Shown: positions 1 through 10,060 of the stretch, piece by piece | Numbering within the stretch: position 1 is the first letter of the stretch | How the letters are laid out: each line of letters begins with the position of its first letter | Source of the DNA: Pseudobdellovibrionaceae bacterium | GTDB lineage: Bacteria; Bdellovibrionota; Bdellovibrionia; Bdellovibrionales; UBA1609 | Assembly: GCA_030591685.1 (NCBI GenBank) | Contig: JAUVAX010000027.1 | Span: 1 to 33,954 of the forward strand | DNA: 33,954 nucleotides | Direction of reading: 5' to 3' | Notes under the pieces: model-generated | Database searches by the model: none | Told to the model about the DNA's origin: nothing | Seen by the model: only the letters and a program-made list of their open reading frames with translations | Translations under genes and position numbers: made by a program

Positions 1-631
1 ACTCACTTAAAAACAAAAAATCACCCATGCGGGGGTTTTCGATTTTAAAGGCTTTTGGCATAATTTTTATGTATTTATGCTTAATGGGTAATAAAACAAA
101 AAAAGACTTTTCATCAAAGGACTTTCTTAATTGATCATGCAGTGATGCTAACTCTTTTTTTAAAAAATATATATTTTCGGTATTACCTTGCCACCATGAG
201 TAGGTACTAATGTTGACTCGGTCTTCAATAGTAATCATGGGTAAAATTTTAGGAGCCCCCTCCATTTTATAAAGTAAGCCGTTAGCGAGAAGGGTTTTAC
301 TAAGGCTATCTAATGAAATTTTAAGGGATACATCCATTTTTATACCCTGAGCTGTTTTCTTTAAGGGCGAACCTCTCATGTATAAAATATATTTTCCGCT
401 TTTTTTGATGATTTTATTATCAATTATTTTTCTGTTTCTCTTGGCCTTCTCTTCGCCAATGATCCCAGAAATGTACTTTAAAGATATCTCTTCAATCGCC
501 TTTTCCATGATTTCTTTACGTGCCTGGGTACGGAGTCTTTTTTCACTGATCCCTTCAAATAGCACATCAATCACTTGAGCCTGTAATGTACATGAGCCCA
601 AAAAGACCAATAAAACAGCAAAGAACTTCAA
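1..631 (-). CDS. Hypothetical exported protein, partial (runs off the left edge)
   Basis: Manual translation: TTG at 631 preceded by AAGGGG, then 210 stop-free codons to position 1 (MKFFAVLLVFLGSCTLQAQVIDVLFEGISE...). The N-terminus resembles a signal peptide. It is absent from the ORF track because it is truncated. Confidence 0.75.
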   Translation of the reverse strand, partial: MKFFAVLLVFLGSCTLQAQVIDVLFEGISEKRLRTQARKEIMEKAIEEISLKYISGIIGEEKAKRNRKIIDNKIIKKSGKYILYMRGSPLKKTAQGIKMDVSLKISLDSLSKTLLANGLLYKMEGAPKILPMITIEDRVNISTYSWWQGNTENIYFLKKELASLHDQLRKSFDEKSFFVLLPIKHKYIKIMPKAFKIENPRMGDFLFLSE

Positions 632-799
632 ACCTAAACCCCTTAATAAAAAAGCTTTTTTAGTGTTGCATAAAAAAATTACACTCACAACCTAAACAAC
701 CCTCCGCTTTTGAATAAAATACAATCGCCCTCCTAAAAGCTGCCTATAAGTTAAATGTATTTAGGACCTACATGCCACATAGTGTAATCTACCTTAGTT

Positions 800-1840
800 G
801 TGAAAGTTTTAAATATTCTGCTCTTTAGTCTCTTTTTTAGTACAGGCTCTTTAATAAGCCTCAGCTTTGTGCACGCCAAAAACCCGGACCCAATAGTGAG
901 TGTTAAAATCAAAGAATTTGTCGCCGAATCAAAAAAGCAAGTGATCCACAGGCTTGAAGGGCTTTTACGAAATAGTGTGAACACCCCTACTCTTTTTCAT
1001 TTAGATGGTCGATTTAGGGGCACTGAATTTGCTGAGGTTATAAAAAAAAATACCCCAGAAAGCTCCGTTTACTACACACCTCAGCCTGAAAAAGAAAAAA
1101 AGTACAGAATGGGCGAAAAGTACACGATCATTGCCGTTCGAACCCTCACCCTTTCAGGCTTTGCCTACTACAACATCACTTTAACAGATGCTTCACCAGA
1201 GGTGGCTTACGCCTACGCAAGTGCTACTTTTGTACTACAATTTTTACTCGGACAATTTAATGATCTTGAGCTAAAATACATAGCCCATAAATTAAAATTT
1301 AAGGTCAGACATTTAAAAAAATTTAAAAACCCATTAAGCTTAGACTCATCACGCGAGAGCTCTATGCCTTCACAAATCAGTAAATGGGTATTATTAGAGG
1401 CGATTTTTCTCGCAGGTATTGAATCGGCAAAAGTTTTATCTGCTAATACGGAGTTTAGTGCTTTAAGTATAATGTCTGATGTCTTTGAAACGGGTCTTCT
1501 AACAGCCTTTATGCAAATGCCTTTAGATTCGTTAAACGCAATATATACTCAAAGAAAATTAAAATCTGCTGTTAAAAATTATGTTACAGGGTCTTCAATC
1601 CAGGCGATTAAAAACATTGCTAACGTTAGAGCAACTACTATTTCAATATACTCTACTCTTTTAGCTCTTATTGTTTTAAACCCTGAAGGCTTTGGTGACA
1701 AACTCCCTATTGATATAAAAACATATATGATCGCCACAGGGGCCGTTTATCACTCTCTTTATATTGCCTATAAAAAAAATTGGCTACAAAAGCTGAGGCC
1801 AAAGCCTATGACTTGTAACCTTCTTTTTAATCCGATTTAA
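800..1840 (+). CDS. Hypothetical exported/membrane protein with a C-terminal CxxLF motif
   Basis: 346-aa ORF with a signal-peptide-like N-terminus (VHA|K) and several hydrophobic segments; ends in MTCNLLFNPI. No recognisable family. Confidence 0.65.
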   Translation: MKVLNILLFSLFFSTGSLISLSFVHAKNPDPIVSVKIKEFVAESKKQVIHRLEGLLRNSVNTPTLFHLDGRFRGTEFAEVIKKNTPESSVYYTPQPEKEKKYRMGEKYTIIAVRTLTLSGFAYYNITLTDASPEVAYAYASATFVLQFLLGQFNDLELKYIAHKLKFKVRHLKKFKNPLSLDSSRESSMPSQISKWVLLEAIFLAGIESAKVLSANTEFSALSIMSDVFETGLLTAFMQMPLDSLNAIYTQRKLKSAVKNYVTGSSIQAIKNIANVRATTISIYSTLLALIVLNPEGFGDKLPIDIKTYMIATGAVYHSLYIAYKKNWLQKLRPKPMTCNLLFNPI

Positions 1841-1856
1841 TAAATAAAAAACAGGT

Positions 1857-1873
1857 GAGCTTTGTTAAAGCTC
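1857..1873 (-). terminator. Possible terminator between convergent genes
   Basis: GAGCTTT-GTT-AAAGCTC hairpin; a T-run follows a few nt downstream on the minus strand. Confidence 0.35.
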
Positions 1874-1878
1874 GTATA

Positions 1879-3267
1879 TTAAAGGGGCTTAAATCTAGCT
1901 GTGAAGTGGCGAAGTACCGGGGCCTGGTATTCAAACTCAAAACCCTTTAAATTTTTTAAATGGGGCGAAAGGCTCTGCATAACCTCAATCATATAATCAA
2001 CATGGCTTTGCGTATACACCCTTCTTGGCATTGCTAGTCGCACGAGTTCTTTAGGGGCTAAGACCTCTTCTCCGGTTTGTGGGTCCTTATGCCCGAGCAT
2101 AACGGTCCCTACTTCGACGCTTCTTATACCAACATATTGATATAAAGCAGCACTGAGTGCCTGCCCCGGAAACTGATGAGGCGGGATATGAGGTAGGCAC
2201 TTGCCCGCGTCAATATAGACCGCATGCCCCCCGTAGGGCCTTACTGTGGCAAACCCAGCCTCTTCAATGCCACGACCAAAATAATCTACAGAAGATATAC
2301 GGTAAGAAAGGTAGGACTCATCTAAGATCTCCTGTAGCCCAATGCTAAGAGCCTCTAAGTCACGGCCCGCAAGGCCACCATAGGTCGGGAACCCTTCGGT
2401 GATAACCATGGCAGAACGAATCTCGGCCGCTAACTTCTCATCATTAAAGGCTAAGAAACCCCCAATGTTTGCAAAAGCGTCTTTTTTTGCACTCATTAAA
2501 GCTCCATCACAGTATGAGAACATTTCTTGAGCTATTTTTTTAACCTCTACCTCTTCAAACCCTGGCTCTCTTAACTTAATAAAGTAAGCATTCTCTGCAA
2601 AACGGGCACAGTCTAAAAATAGGGGGATGTTGTATTTTAATAATATCTCTTTAGTTTTTTTAATGTTCTCCATCGAAACGGGCTGACCACCTACGGAGTT
2701 ATTTGTAACTGTCATAATAAGCAGGCTCACCTGAGCATGGTTTTTCTTTAAATACTCTTCTAATTGAGAGATATTAATATTGCCTTTAAATGGGGCTTCT
2801 AACTCTGAAGACTCATTTTCTTTACAGGGCATGTCAAGAGCCTGAGCGGATGCGTTTTCAATATTTGCTCTTGTCGTATCAAAGTGTGTATTACCAATAA
2901 CCACCTGGCCGGGCTTAATCATAGAGTTCATTAAAAGAGCTTCGGCAGAACGCCCTTGATGAGTAGGTATAACGTGCTCAAAACCAGTCAAATCTGAAAC
3001 TACTTTTTCAAATTTTAAATAACTCTTTGAGCCTGCATAAGACTCATCACCCATCATAATCCCCGCCCACTGGGTGTTTGACATGGCACTTGTGCCACTG
3101 TCAGTTAATAAGTCAAAAGTGACTAAACTGGCCGGAAGTGAAAATAAATTATACCCTGACTTTACAAGGGCTTTTGTTCGCTCATTAATGTCTATCATCG
3201 ACAAAGGCTCAACTGACTTTATACGAAAAGGCTCAATAATAGTTTTAGGTTTTGGTAGTTCAAACAC
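1879..3267 (-). CDS. tnaA: Tryptophanase (PLP beta-eliminating lyase)
   Basis: Motifs EPFRIKSVE, DLLTDSGT, PLP-lysine MSAKKD and EGFPTYGGLAGRD. C-terminal LRHFTARF has the His of tryptophanase rather than the Phe of tyrosine phenol-lyase. GTG start with GGGGAG RBS. Confidence 0.9.
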   Translation of the reverse strand: MFELPKPKTIIEPFRIKSVEPLSMIDINERTKALVKSGYNLFSLPASLVTFDLLTDSGTSAMSNTQWAGIMMGDESYAGSKSYLKFEKVVSDLTGFEHVIPTHQGRSAEALLMNSMIKPGQVVIGNTHFDTTRANIENASAQALDMPCKENESSELEAPFKGNINISQLEEYLKKNHAQVSLLIMTVTNNSVGGQPVSMENIKKTKEILLKYNIPLFLDCARFAENAYFIKLREPGFEEVEVKKIAQEMFSYCDGALMSAKKDAFANIGGFLAFNDEKLAAEIRSAMVITEGFPTYGGLAGRDLEALSIGLQEILDESYLSYRISSVDYFGRGIEEAGFATVRPYGGHAVYIDAGKCLPHIPPHQFPGQALSAALYQYVGIRSVEVGTVMLGHKDPQTGEEVLAPKELVRLAMPRRVYTQSHVDYMIEVMQSLSPHLKNLKGFEFEYQAPVLRHFTARFKPL

Positions 3268-3291
3268 AGACTCTCCCCAGTAAATGGATAT

Positions 3292-3320
3292 TTTATACTC
3301 GAAACCCTTAAAGCTGTCGA
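3292..3320 (-). promoter_or_regulatory. Sigma70-like promoter for tnaA
   Basis: Minus strand TCGACA-N17-TATAAA, about 25 nt upstream of the start codon. Confidence 0.5.
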
Positions 3321-3448
3321 CTGTAGATCTGTAAAAAAAAGTATAAATATTTATTCAACACAGTGACTCAGTGTGACCAAAACCCCTCAAAAGAGCTCAC
3401 TGAAGACTTAATGAGCGAAACAAAGGTTTTTAGCTTGGGGAAAGCACT

Positions 3449-6400
3449 TTAAAACTTAAGGTCTACAAAATCACTTGAGCCCATTTTTTGCAACACCTCT
3501 TCAAAAAACTCACTTGTAGCCATTATACCGTTAGGTTCAGAGATATCCATGTTTACTGATTGCTTTATGTCAGGCAATGAGATTTTTACACTTGCAGACA
3601 AGTCACCGGGGTGTGTACTGATTATTTTTTTTAAAGTCTCAATTTTTTCGGACATCTTAGCCTCAATGTTAAAAACAACCCCTCGTATTTTTTTAAACTG
3701 ACTGTCGATGCTTTCTATTTTTTCTACTAAAATCTTAGCGTGTGATTTATCTTCTGACACCTCAACTGTACCAGTGACAACAATAATCCCATCACCTTTT
3801 ACAACAAACTCGCAATTACTATAGGCATCGGGGAAAATTATAAGCTCTGCACTGCCTGTTAGGTCTTCGACTTGAGAAAAGGCCATACGAGTGCCTTTTT
3901 TTGTAATAATCTCTCTTAGAGCTGAAATCAAGCCCACCACTTTAACCGTGGATTTATTATTTTTTTGCTTAAGCTCATCAATGGTGCAACTTGAGAAGGC
4001 TTTTAAAATGTGTTCGACCCCTCTAAGGGGATGATCACTTAAATAAAACCCTAAAACATTTTTTTCGTACTCTAAGCGCGCAGAACGCTTCCATTCTGGG
4101 GCTTTGTCTAAAAATACCTTTTCTTGTTCTTCAATGTTTTCGTCCATAGAGAATAAGCTAAATTGCCCGGCCTCTTTATCTTTTTTGACTCGATCGGCGC
4201 GCTCTATAAATTTACTATACCCTTGCATGAGTTCGGCTCGATTGGCGCCAAAATTATCCATAGCACCGGACTTAATAAGGCATTCGATTGTTTTTTTATT
4301 CACCTTTCTTAACTCTACGACTTCAAAAAAATGCTCGATACTTTCGAATTTATTTTCGGGGAGAGTTTCACGGGCACATAAAATAGCATCTACAGCCGCC
4401 TGACCAACACCTTTTATCGCCCCTAATGAAAAGAAAATCTGATTTTCTTTTACTGTAAACTTGTATGCTGAACTATTTATATGAGGTGATAAAACCTCAA
4501 TATCATGAGCCAGGGCGTCTTTAACATACTTTACAACCTTATCTGTATCATTCATTTCAGTTGAAAGTAATGCTGCAAAAAATTCGACCGGATAGTATTT
4601 TTTAAGCCACGCTGTTTGAGCTGTAATTACACAATAAGCCGCAGCATGTGATTTGTTAAAACCGTACTTGGCAAACTCAGCCATAGAGTCAAAAAGTTCA
4701 GAGGCCTTTTTTTCATTGTGACCATTTTTTGACGAGCCTTGCATAAAACGTTTTTTTTGTCGCTCCATCTCATCTTGGTCTTTTTTACCCATGGCTCGTC
4801 TAAGTAAATCAGCTTCTCCCAGTGAGTAGTTCGCAATTTTTGCAGCAATTAATTGCACCTGCTCTTGGTACACAATTACACCGTAGGTTTGCTTTAAAAT
4901 AGGCTCTAACTCTTTAAATGCGTATTCAACTTTTTGTTTGCCCTTTTTACGGTCCAAATAATCTGGGATCATAGCCATGGGGCCTGGCCGATATAAAGCT
5001 GTAGCTGCGACGATATCTTCAAAGCAGTCTGGTTTCGCTTTTTTAATCATATCGGTGATACCGTCACTTTCAAATTGAAAGATCCCGTTAGTATCACCCT
5101 CTGACATCAACTCGTAAATACCCTCATCTTTAAGAGAAATATCTTGAGGCCTCAGCGATTTGTTTTTATTTTGCTTAATCAACCTAAACGCCTCTTTAAT
5201 GTGCGTGAGTGTTTTAAGCCCTAAAAAATCAAATTTTATAAGCCCTACTTTTTCAGCATGCTTCATGTCGTATTGAACGATGTACTCACCATCAGCTCCA
5301 CGAGAAAGGGGGCTGATTTTAACAATATCACCATCGGCAATTACGACCCCCGCAGCATGTATACCAGCATGGCGGGTGAGCCCTTCAACTTTACGAGAGA
5401 GGTCCATTAAGGTCTGCACCCTGGCATCTTGCTCCATGAGCTCTTGTATGCGTGGCTCTTGCTCTATAGCTTCATCTAATGAAATCCCAAGTACATCGGG
5501 CATAAGTTTTGATACCACGTCGACTTCGGCATAGGTCATACCCATCACTCGGCCTACATCCCGAATAGCCGCCCTAGCCTGCAACTTACCGTAAGTAATA
5601 ATTTGTGAGACCGAACTTTGGCCATACTTTTCAATTACATAATCTATGACAAGACCGCGGCCCTCTTGGCAAAAATCAATATCAAAATCGGGCATACTTA
5701 TACGTTCGGGATTTAAAAAACGCTCAAAAATTAAATTGTACGGGATGGGGTCTAAATCTGTAATCCGTAGGCTGTAAGCCACCAGTGACCCGGCCCCGGA
5801 CCCTCGCCCCGGCCCTACAGGGATATCATTTTTTTTAGACCAATTTATAAAATCCTGAACTATTAAAAAATAACCATTAAAACCCATGCCCTCAATAACG
5901 CCGAGTTCGTACTCTAAGCGCTCTAAGTAGGTTTGTTTTTGTGCTCCTTCAATAGCTTCTCCGGCCTCTTCAGCCTCTATAAACCGCTGCTCTAAACCCT
6001 CAAACGAAAGCCTTTTGATCTCCTCTTTTAAACCCACACCACCTTTTGTCGGAAAACTCGGTAAGTGATAAATAGGCATACCCTGGGCGTCTTTTAAGGT
6101 GAACTCTAAGTTACATAGCTCTGCTATTTTAAGCGTGTTATCACAGGCCTCGGGCACGTCTTTAAAGAGCTCTCTCATTTGCTCAGGGCTTTTAAAGTAA
6201 AACTGGTTGGGGCCTAATTTAAACCGTGTTTCATCCTGCAAAGTCCTGTTGGTCCCGATGCAAACCAACACCTCTTGAGCTATTTGATCTTCTTGGTTCG
6301 TATAATGAACATTATTTGTGGCTACAAGTGGTACATCTAATGATTTTGAAATGCCTATTAAAAAGTTATTGATTTCTGTTTCTTCAGGTAGCCCTGTGCG

Positions 6401-6931
6401 ATTGAGCTCTAAGTAAAAATTATTTGGATATATTTTTTTATAAAAATTTATTTTCTCTATGGCTTCGTCTTCGCCTTTGTTTTTATAGGTCCAAGACACA
6501 TCCCCCATTACGCCACCAGAGAGGGCTATTAAACCTTCTGAGTACCTCTCCAGCACCTCATAGTCGACTCGAGGCACATAATAAAACCCCTCGTGGTAGC
6601 CTATAGTACTTAGCTGACATAAGTTTTGATACCCGGTTAAATTTTGAGCTAAAAGTACAAGTCTTTTATTGGGCTCTTTAATAGCGTTAGGGTTTTGCCC
6701 CTTTACCAACATCCCCGAGGGGGCCAGGTAGACCTCTATACCCAGTATGGGCTTTACACCGGCCTCTTTGCAGCTAAAGTAATGCTGAATGGCTGCAAAC
6801 ATATTTCCGTTATCGGTGAGGGCCAGGGCTGGCATCTCCCACTGGCTGGCCTTTTTAGCCAAATCCTTCACTGAGGACGAGGCCATTAATAGCGAAAACT
6901 CACTATGCACATGTAAATGACAAAACGACAA
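3449..6931 (-). CDS. dnaE: DNA polymerase III alpha subunit
   Basis: 1160 aa with N-terminal PHP domain (HLHVHS), GRGSGAGS, catalytic PDFDIDF, KFDFLGL, FNKSHAAAY and a C-terminal OB fold. No intein seen. Confidence 0.97.
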   Translation of the reverse strand: MSFCHLHVHSEFSLLMASSSVKDLAKKASQWEMPALALTDNGNMFAAIQHYFSCKEAGVKPILGIEVYLAPSGMLVKGQNPNAIKEPNKRLVLLAQNLTGYQNLCQLSTIGYHEGFYYVPRVDYEVLERYSEGLIALSGGVMGDVSWTYKNKGEDEAIEKINFYKKIYPNNFYLELNRTGLPEETEINNFLIGISKSLDVPLVATNNVHYTNQEDQIAQEVLVCIGTNRTLQDETRFKLGPNQFYFKSPEQMRELFKDVPEACDNTLKIAELCNLEFTLKDAQGMPIYHLPSFPTKGGVGLKEEIKRLSFEGLEQRFIEAEEAGEAIEGAQKQTYLERLEYELGVIEGMGFNGYFLIVQDFINWSKKNDIPVGPGRGSGAGSLVAYSLRITDLDPIPYNLIFERFLNPERISMPDFDIDFCQEGRGLVIDYVIEKYGQSSVSQIITYGKLQARAAIRDVGRVMGMTYAEVDVVSKLMPDVLGISLDEAIEQEPRIQELMEQDARVQTLMDLSRKVEGLTRHAGIHAAGVVIADGDIVKISPLSRGADGEYIVQYDMKHAEKVGLIKFDFLGLKTLTHIKEAFRLIKQNKNKSLRPQDISLKDEGIYELMSEGDTNGIFQFESDGITDMIKKAKPDCFEDIVAATALYRPGPMAMIPDYLDRKKGKQKVEYAFKELEPILKQTYGVIVYQEQVQLIAAKIANYSLGEADLLRRAMGKKDQDEMERQKKRFMQGSSKNGHNEKKASELFDSMAEFAKYGFNKSHAAAYCVITAQTAWLKKYYPVEFFAALLSTEMNDTDKVVKYVKDALAHDIEVLSPHINSSAYKFTVKENQIFFSLGAIKGVGQAAVDAILCARETLPENKFESIEHFFEVVELRKVNKKTIECLIKSGAMDNFGANRAELMQGYSKFIERADRVKKDKEAGQFSLFSMDENIEEQEKVFLDKAPEWKRSARLEYEKNVLGFYLSDHPLRGVEHILKAFSSCTIDELKQKNNKSTVKVVGLISALREIITKKGTRMAFSQVEDLTGSAELIIFPDAYSNCEFVVKGDGIIVVTGTVEVSEDKSHAKILVEKIESIDSQFKKIRGVVFNIEAKMSEKIETLKKIISTHPGDLSASVKISLPDIKQSVNMDISEPNGIMATSEFFEEVLQKMGSSDFVDLKF

Positions 6932-7020
6932 AAAAACCCCTTAAAAAAAATTACAATAGATCATTTCAGCCCTAATGTTAACGAGTTACTCTACTAATCT
7001 CTTAATTTAATAATGATTTT

Positions 7021-7172
7021 AGCCATTTGTTCTGTAGTGGGTTTAGCCCTTATAGCTTCACCTGGCTATGAGGGATTTAACTCGTCGTGTAAGAACTTTC
7101 AAACCCTCTAGTTTTTGAGGGTTTTGTAAAGCTCAATTAAAGCCCATCGTACAGTTCACAAAAGATGAGCCC
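7021..7172. ncRNA. Candidate structured RNA (long closing stem enclosing two hairpins) upstream of dnaE
   Basis: Hairpins at 7047-7074 and 7101-7124 are enclosed by pairings of 7027-7046 with 7137-7161. Family not identified. Confidence 0.3.
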
Positions 7173-7221
7173 ACAACCTTTAAAGTCTCCGTCCCCATTT
7201 TACTTTTTTTGTCACTTTTTT

Positions 7222-8256
7222 TTAAAATTTTAAAGCAAGCTTTCCAATACTATTTCCAGATTCAATAAGCTTATGCGCTTCAGCGACCTGCTCTATTGGG
7301 AAGGATTTTACCTTTGGGGGTATTAAATCCCCCTTTTTGATCAACTCAAGTAAGCCCTGCATATTTTGGGCAAGTAGCCTTTGTTCCTCAAATAAAAAAC
7401 TAACATTAAAACAAATTATACTTTTGTTTTCAGAAATCATTTTCATCGGATCAAATTTAGGTGTTTTAAGCAGTCCCCATATGGCTTTAAAATAATTAAG
7501 CTTGCCGCCTGATTTTGGAATCAGGCTATGGCTGCCATAAATTACAAGTTTTCCAGTAGGGCGAAGTAAATCAAAGGATGATTGAATTGTTGTGTATCCG
7601 TTAGCATCAAACACAGCATCAAAACCCAAAAGGTTATCTTTTTGTACCTGAGCCCAATTAAATTTGGGGTCAGATTTATCATAAACATGATCAGCCCCAA
7701 GGTCCAAAACATGTTGTATTTTTTGGCTGCGGCCAACGACACCAGAAACTTTATAACCTTTATCTTTTGCTAAACTCACTAATGCCGATCCCACTCCGCC
7801 GGCAGCTGAGTGCACAAGGATATTGGCATCAGGTGGAAGGTAAAAAATTTGAAGCATGCTGTAATAGGCCGTCATGTAAACGGCCGGAAAACAAGCACCT
7901 TGTTCCAGTGTGAATGATTCAGGTAGGGGCATTACTTGGCAGGCAGGTATTGAGATTTTACTTGAATAACCATTAAATCGAGTAAAAGCCATGACTTTAT
8001 CGCCAGCTTTAAAATTTGTAACACCTTCACCAACAGCTGTAACGGTACCGCTGACTTCAAACCCTGGTGTGATGGGCCATCCAACGTATTTTTTGGCCGA
8101 GGCATAGACGCCAATTCTAACTAAGCAATCAGCGTAGTTAATACCGGCGTAAGAGACGTCGATTAAAACCTCACCTTTAATTAAAGAGGGATCATTGCAT
8201 GTAACCAATTTTAACTTTTCGTATCCTCCAGCTGATTCAATGTAGATTTTTTGCAT
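7222..8256 (-). CDS. Zinc-independent MDR-family NADPH:quinone oxidoreductase (VAT-1-like)
   Basis: GINYAD, TPGFEVSG, HSAAGGVG nucleotide-binding motif and C-terminal GKLAL; no Zn-ligand cysteine cluster. Confidence 0.85.
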   Translation of the reverse strand: MQKIYIESAGGYEKLKLVTCNDPSLIKGEVLIDVSYAGINYADCLVRIGVYASAKKYVGWPITPGFEVSGTVTAVGEGVTNFKAGDKVMAFTRFNGYSSKISIPACQVMPLPESFTLEQGACFPAVYMTAYYSMLQIFYLPPDANILVHSAAGGVGSALVSLAKDKGYKVSGVVGRSQKIQHVLDLGADHVYDKSDPKFNWAQVQKDNLLGFDAVFDANGYTTIQSSFDLLRPTGKLVIYGSHSLIPKSGGKLNYFKAIWGLLKTPKFDPMKMISENKSIICFNVSFLFEEQRLLAQNMQGLLELIKKGDLIPPKVKSFPIEQVAEAHKLIESGNSIGKLALKF

Positions 8257-8260
8257 GTAT

Positions 8261-10060
8261 TTACTTTACCCTTTTTGCGAGATTAAGGTTTTCATCCTTT
8301 TTGATGTCAAATCCTCTTAGTACACTAACAAACTCGACATTAAGATTTTGCTCACGAACAGAGCGGTTATTAAATATTTGGTAATCCCTGATAAGGGAAC
8401 TTAACGACTGCTTTAGTAGTTTAACCTCGGGACTTGATAATATCACTCCGTAGTTTCTCTTTATATTAGAAGCATTAAAACCATTTATAAGAGTCAAGTA
8501 CTCTTGGTGTTTACTGTTGTTGTAGGTTTCAGCACCTTTGAATTCTTTAAATTTAATGCGGACTAATTGGTCTATTAGAGCTAAGTGGTTGATTTCAAAT
8601 TCTTCAAGGGCTAGAGCTTTCTGACGTAATACCTTAGGCCACCTTGCTAAAGATTTACGATTAACAGTTTCTCTATCTATTGAGGCTTTAAGCTTTTGTT
8701 CTTTCATAGGCTCAGTTGGTTCAGAACCTAAAGGTGTTAGGCTTATATCAGTTTCGTATACCTTTCTTAGTGTTTTCAGAGGAATACTTTTTAAAAACTT
8801 TCGAATTTGAACTTCGTAAAGAGCATGGATATAAATAACTTCCACAGCTGTTGCGGCTTCTTTGAATATACTGCTCTGATCACTCTTTGAACTTTTTTGT
8901 TTTATTTCATGAAACGATTTTTTAAGCATGACACTTAAACGTGACCAATAGGTATCACCTCTTAAATATTTGTAGAGCCCACCAAATATACTTTGATGCT
9001 TTACTTCATCTTTTCTAACGTTACCAATCCAAGTTCCAAGATCTCCCTTAGCATGTGCTCCAAGAAAATAATAAGCACTGCCTGCATGCCATTCAGTATC
9101 ATTTCTGGCGAGTAGGTGAAAGTAGGCATCTTTCATGTTTAAAGGGTCTAAACCTTTGTAGGCATCAAATATATCTGAAGTTTCAAGATTTCTTCCGGCA
9201 ACAGCTCGGGCGACTCTGGACAGAGTCAGTTCATGTCGGCTTTCCTCAATGCACCATGAGTTTGAACAAAAATTACGTCTTTTGGATTGAGACGTTCTTT
9301 TTAAAAACTCAACCTCTTCAGTCGTTTTACCCATAAAACGCGAGGCCTGAGGGCTGGCAACCCTTAAAATTTCTCCGCTATTATCAGAGTAGTTATCAAT
9401 GGGCTTTTCGATCTCCGAGGCAAGCATGGAGATCTGTGCCCAAGTGGTTGGATCAAGATTAACAACATCATCCATTTTAACGGACTTATAACCGTCCTCT
9501 ACTTTATCCCATTTTCTCAGTTCAGAACTTTTCAACCTTAAATTTAAATATCCATAAAAATCAAAAACATATTCATCTAGATTCTCCTGAGTTAGCTCAG
9601 TGTTTATAAGCTTTTTGGCATTTTTTAAACTTTCAGGGAGAAATCTAAGCTGTTGTATATTTCTAGCGCTTAGATCTTTTATATTTCTTAATGTTTGAAG
9701 TGCTTTTGTTAGAATTGTCTTCGAAGCTTTATCATTAAAAATCTCCTTGTTCTTTCCCGTTTGCACAGGCTCAGTCTCAAGAGCCCTCACAATGACTTCT
9801 CGAAGATTATGGTTTTTAAATTTATCCGATTTAGAGTAGATTGAATTTAAGTTACCTCTGAGTTGCTCTAAACTTTTGCCCTCTCGAATGCCCTGTAAGT
9901 ATTGATTGAAGTTCTCGTCATTTCTTAACAAATCGACCAGGGTGGATACACTATCTTTAAATTGAAATATTTCAGCACAATGACTCATCCGAGAATGGGC
10001 AGGATACGTTATGCTTAAGGCCAATGATAAGGTGAGTATGGGTAATGAGTATTTCAGCAT
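8261..10060 (-). CDS. Putative exported ferritin-like diiron protein (acyl-ACP desaturase/AurF-like ligand set)
   Basis: Probable start is ATG 10060 (GGAG RBS), with signal-like MLKYSLPILTLSLALSITYPAHS. Motifs EIEKP, WCIEESRHE, DTEWHA and KDEVKHQ give the E / ExxH / E / ExxH pattern. Confidence 0.6.
   Translation of the reverse strand: MLKYSLPILTLSLALSITYPAHSRMSHCAEIFQFKDSVSTLVDLLRNDENFNQYLQGIREGKSLEQLRGNLNSIYSKSDKFKNHNLREVIVRALETEPVQTGKNKEIFNDKASKTILTKALQTLRNIKDLSARNIQQLRFLPESLKNAKKLINTELTQENLDEYVFDFYGYLNLRLKSSELRKWDKVEDGYKSVKMDDVVNLDPTTWAQISMLASEIEKPIDNYSDNSGEILRVASPQASRFMGKTTEEVEFLKRTSQSKRRNFCSNSWCIEESRHELTLSRVARAVAGRNLETSDIFDAYKGLDPLNMKDAYFHLLARNDTEWHAGSAYYFLGAHAKGDLGTWIGNVRKDEVKHQSIFGGLYKYLRGDTYWSRLSVMLKKSFHEIKQKSSKSDQSSIFKEAATAVEVIYIHALYEVQIRKFLKSIPLKTLRKVYETDISLTPLGSEPTEPMKEQKLKASIDRETVNRKSLARWPKVLRQKALALEEFEINHLALIDQLVRIKFKEFKGAETYNNSKHQEYLTLINGFNASNIKRNYGVILSSPEVKLLKQSLSSLIRDYQIFNNRSVREQNLNVEFVSVLRGFDIKKDENLNLAKRVK

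Noticed and set aside
3392..3440. Hammerhead-ribozyme-like core (CTGAAGA...CGAAAC)
   Set aside because: Stem II would close with a C-C mismatch, stem III is only 2 bp and stem I is broken. A simple GCTCA/TGAGC hairpin downstream of dnaE explains the sequence. A cmsearch would settle it.
6300..6931. Substituted PHP metal ligands in DnaE as a sign of pseudogenisation
   Set aside because: Loss of PHP ligands is common in DnaE proteins that rely on epsilon for proofreading; the polymerase motifs are intact.
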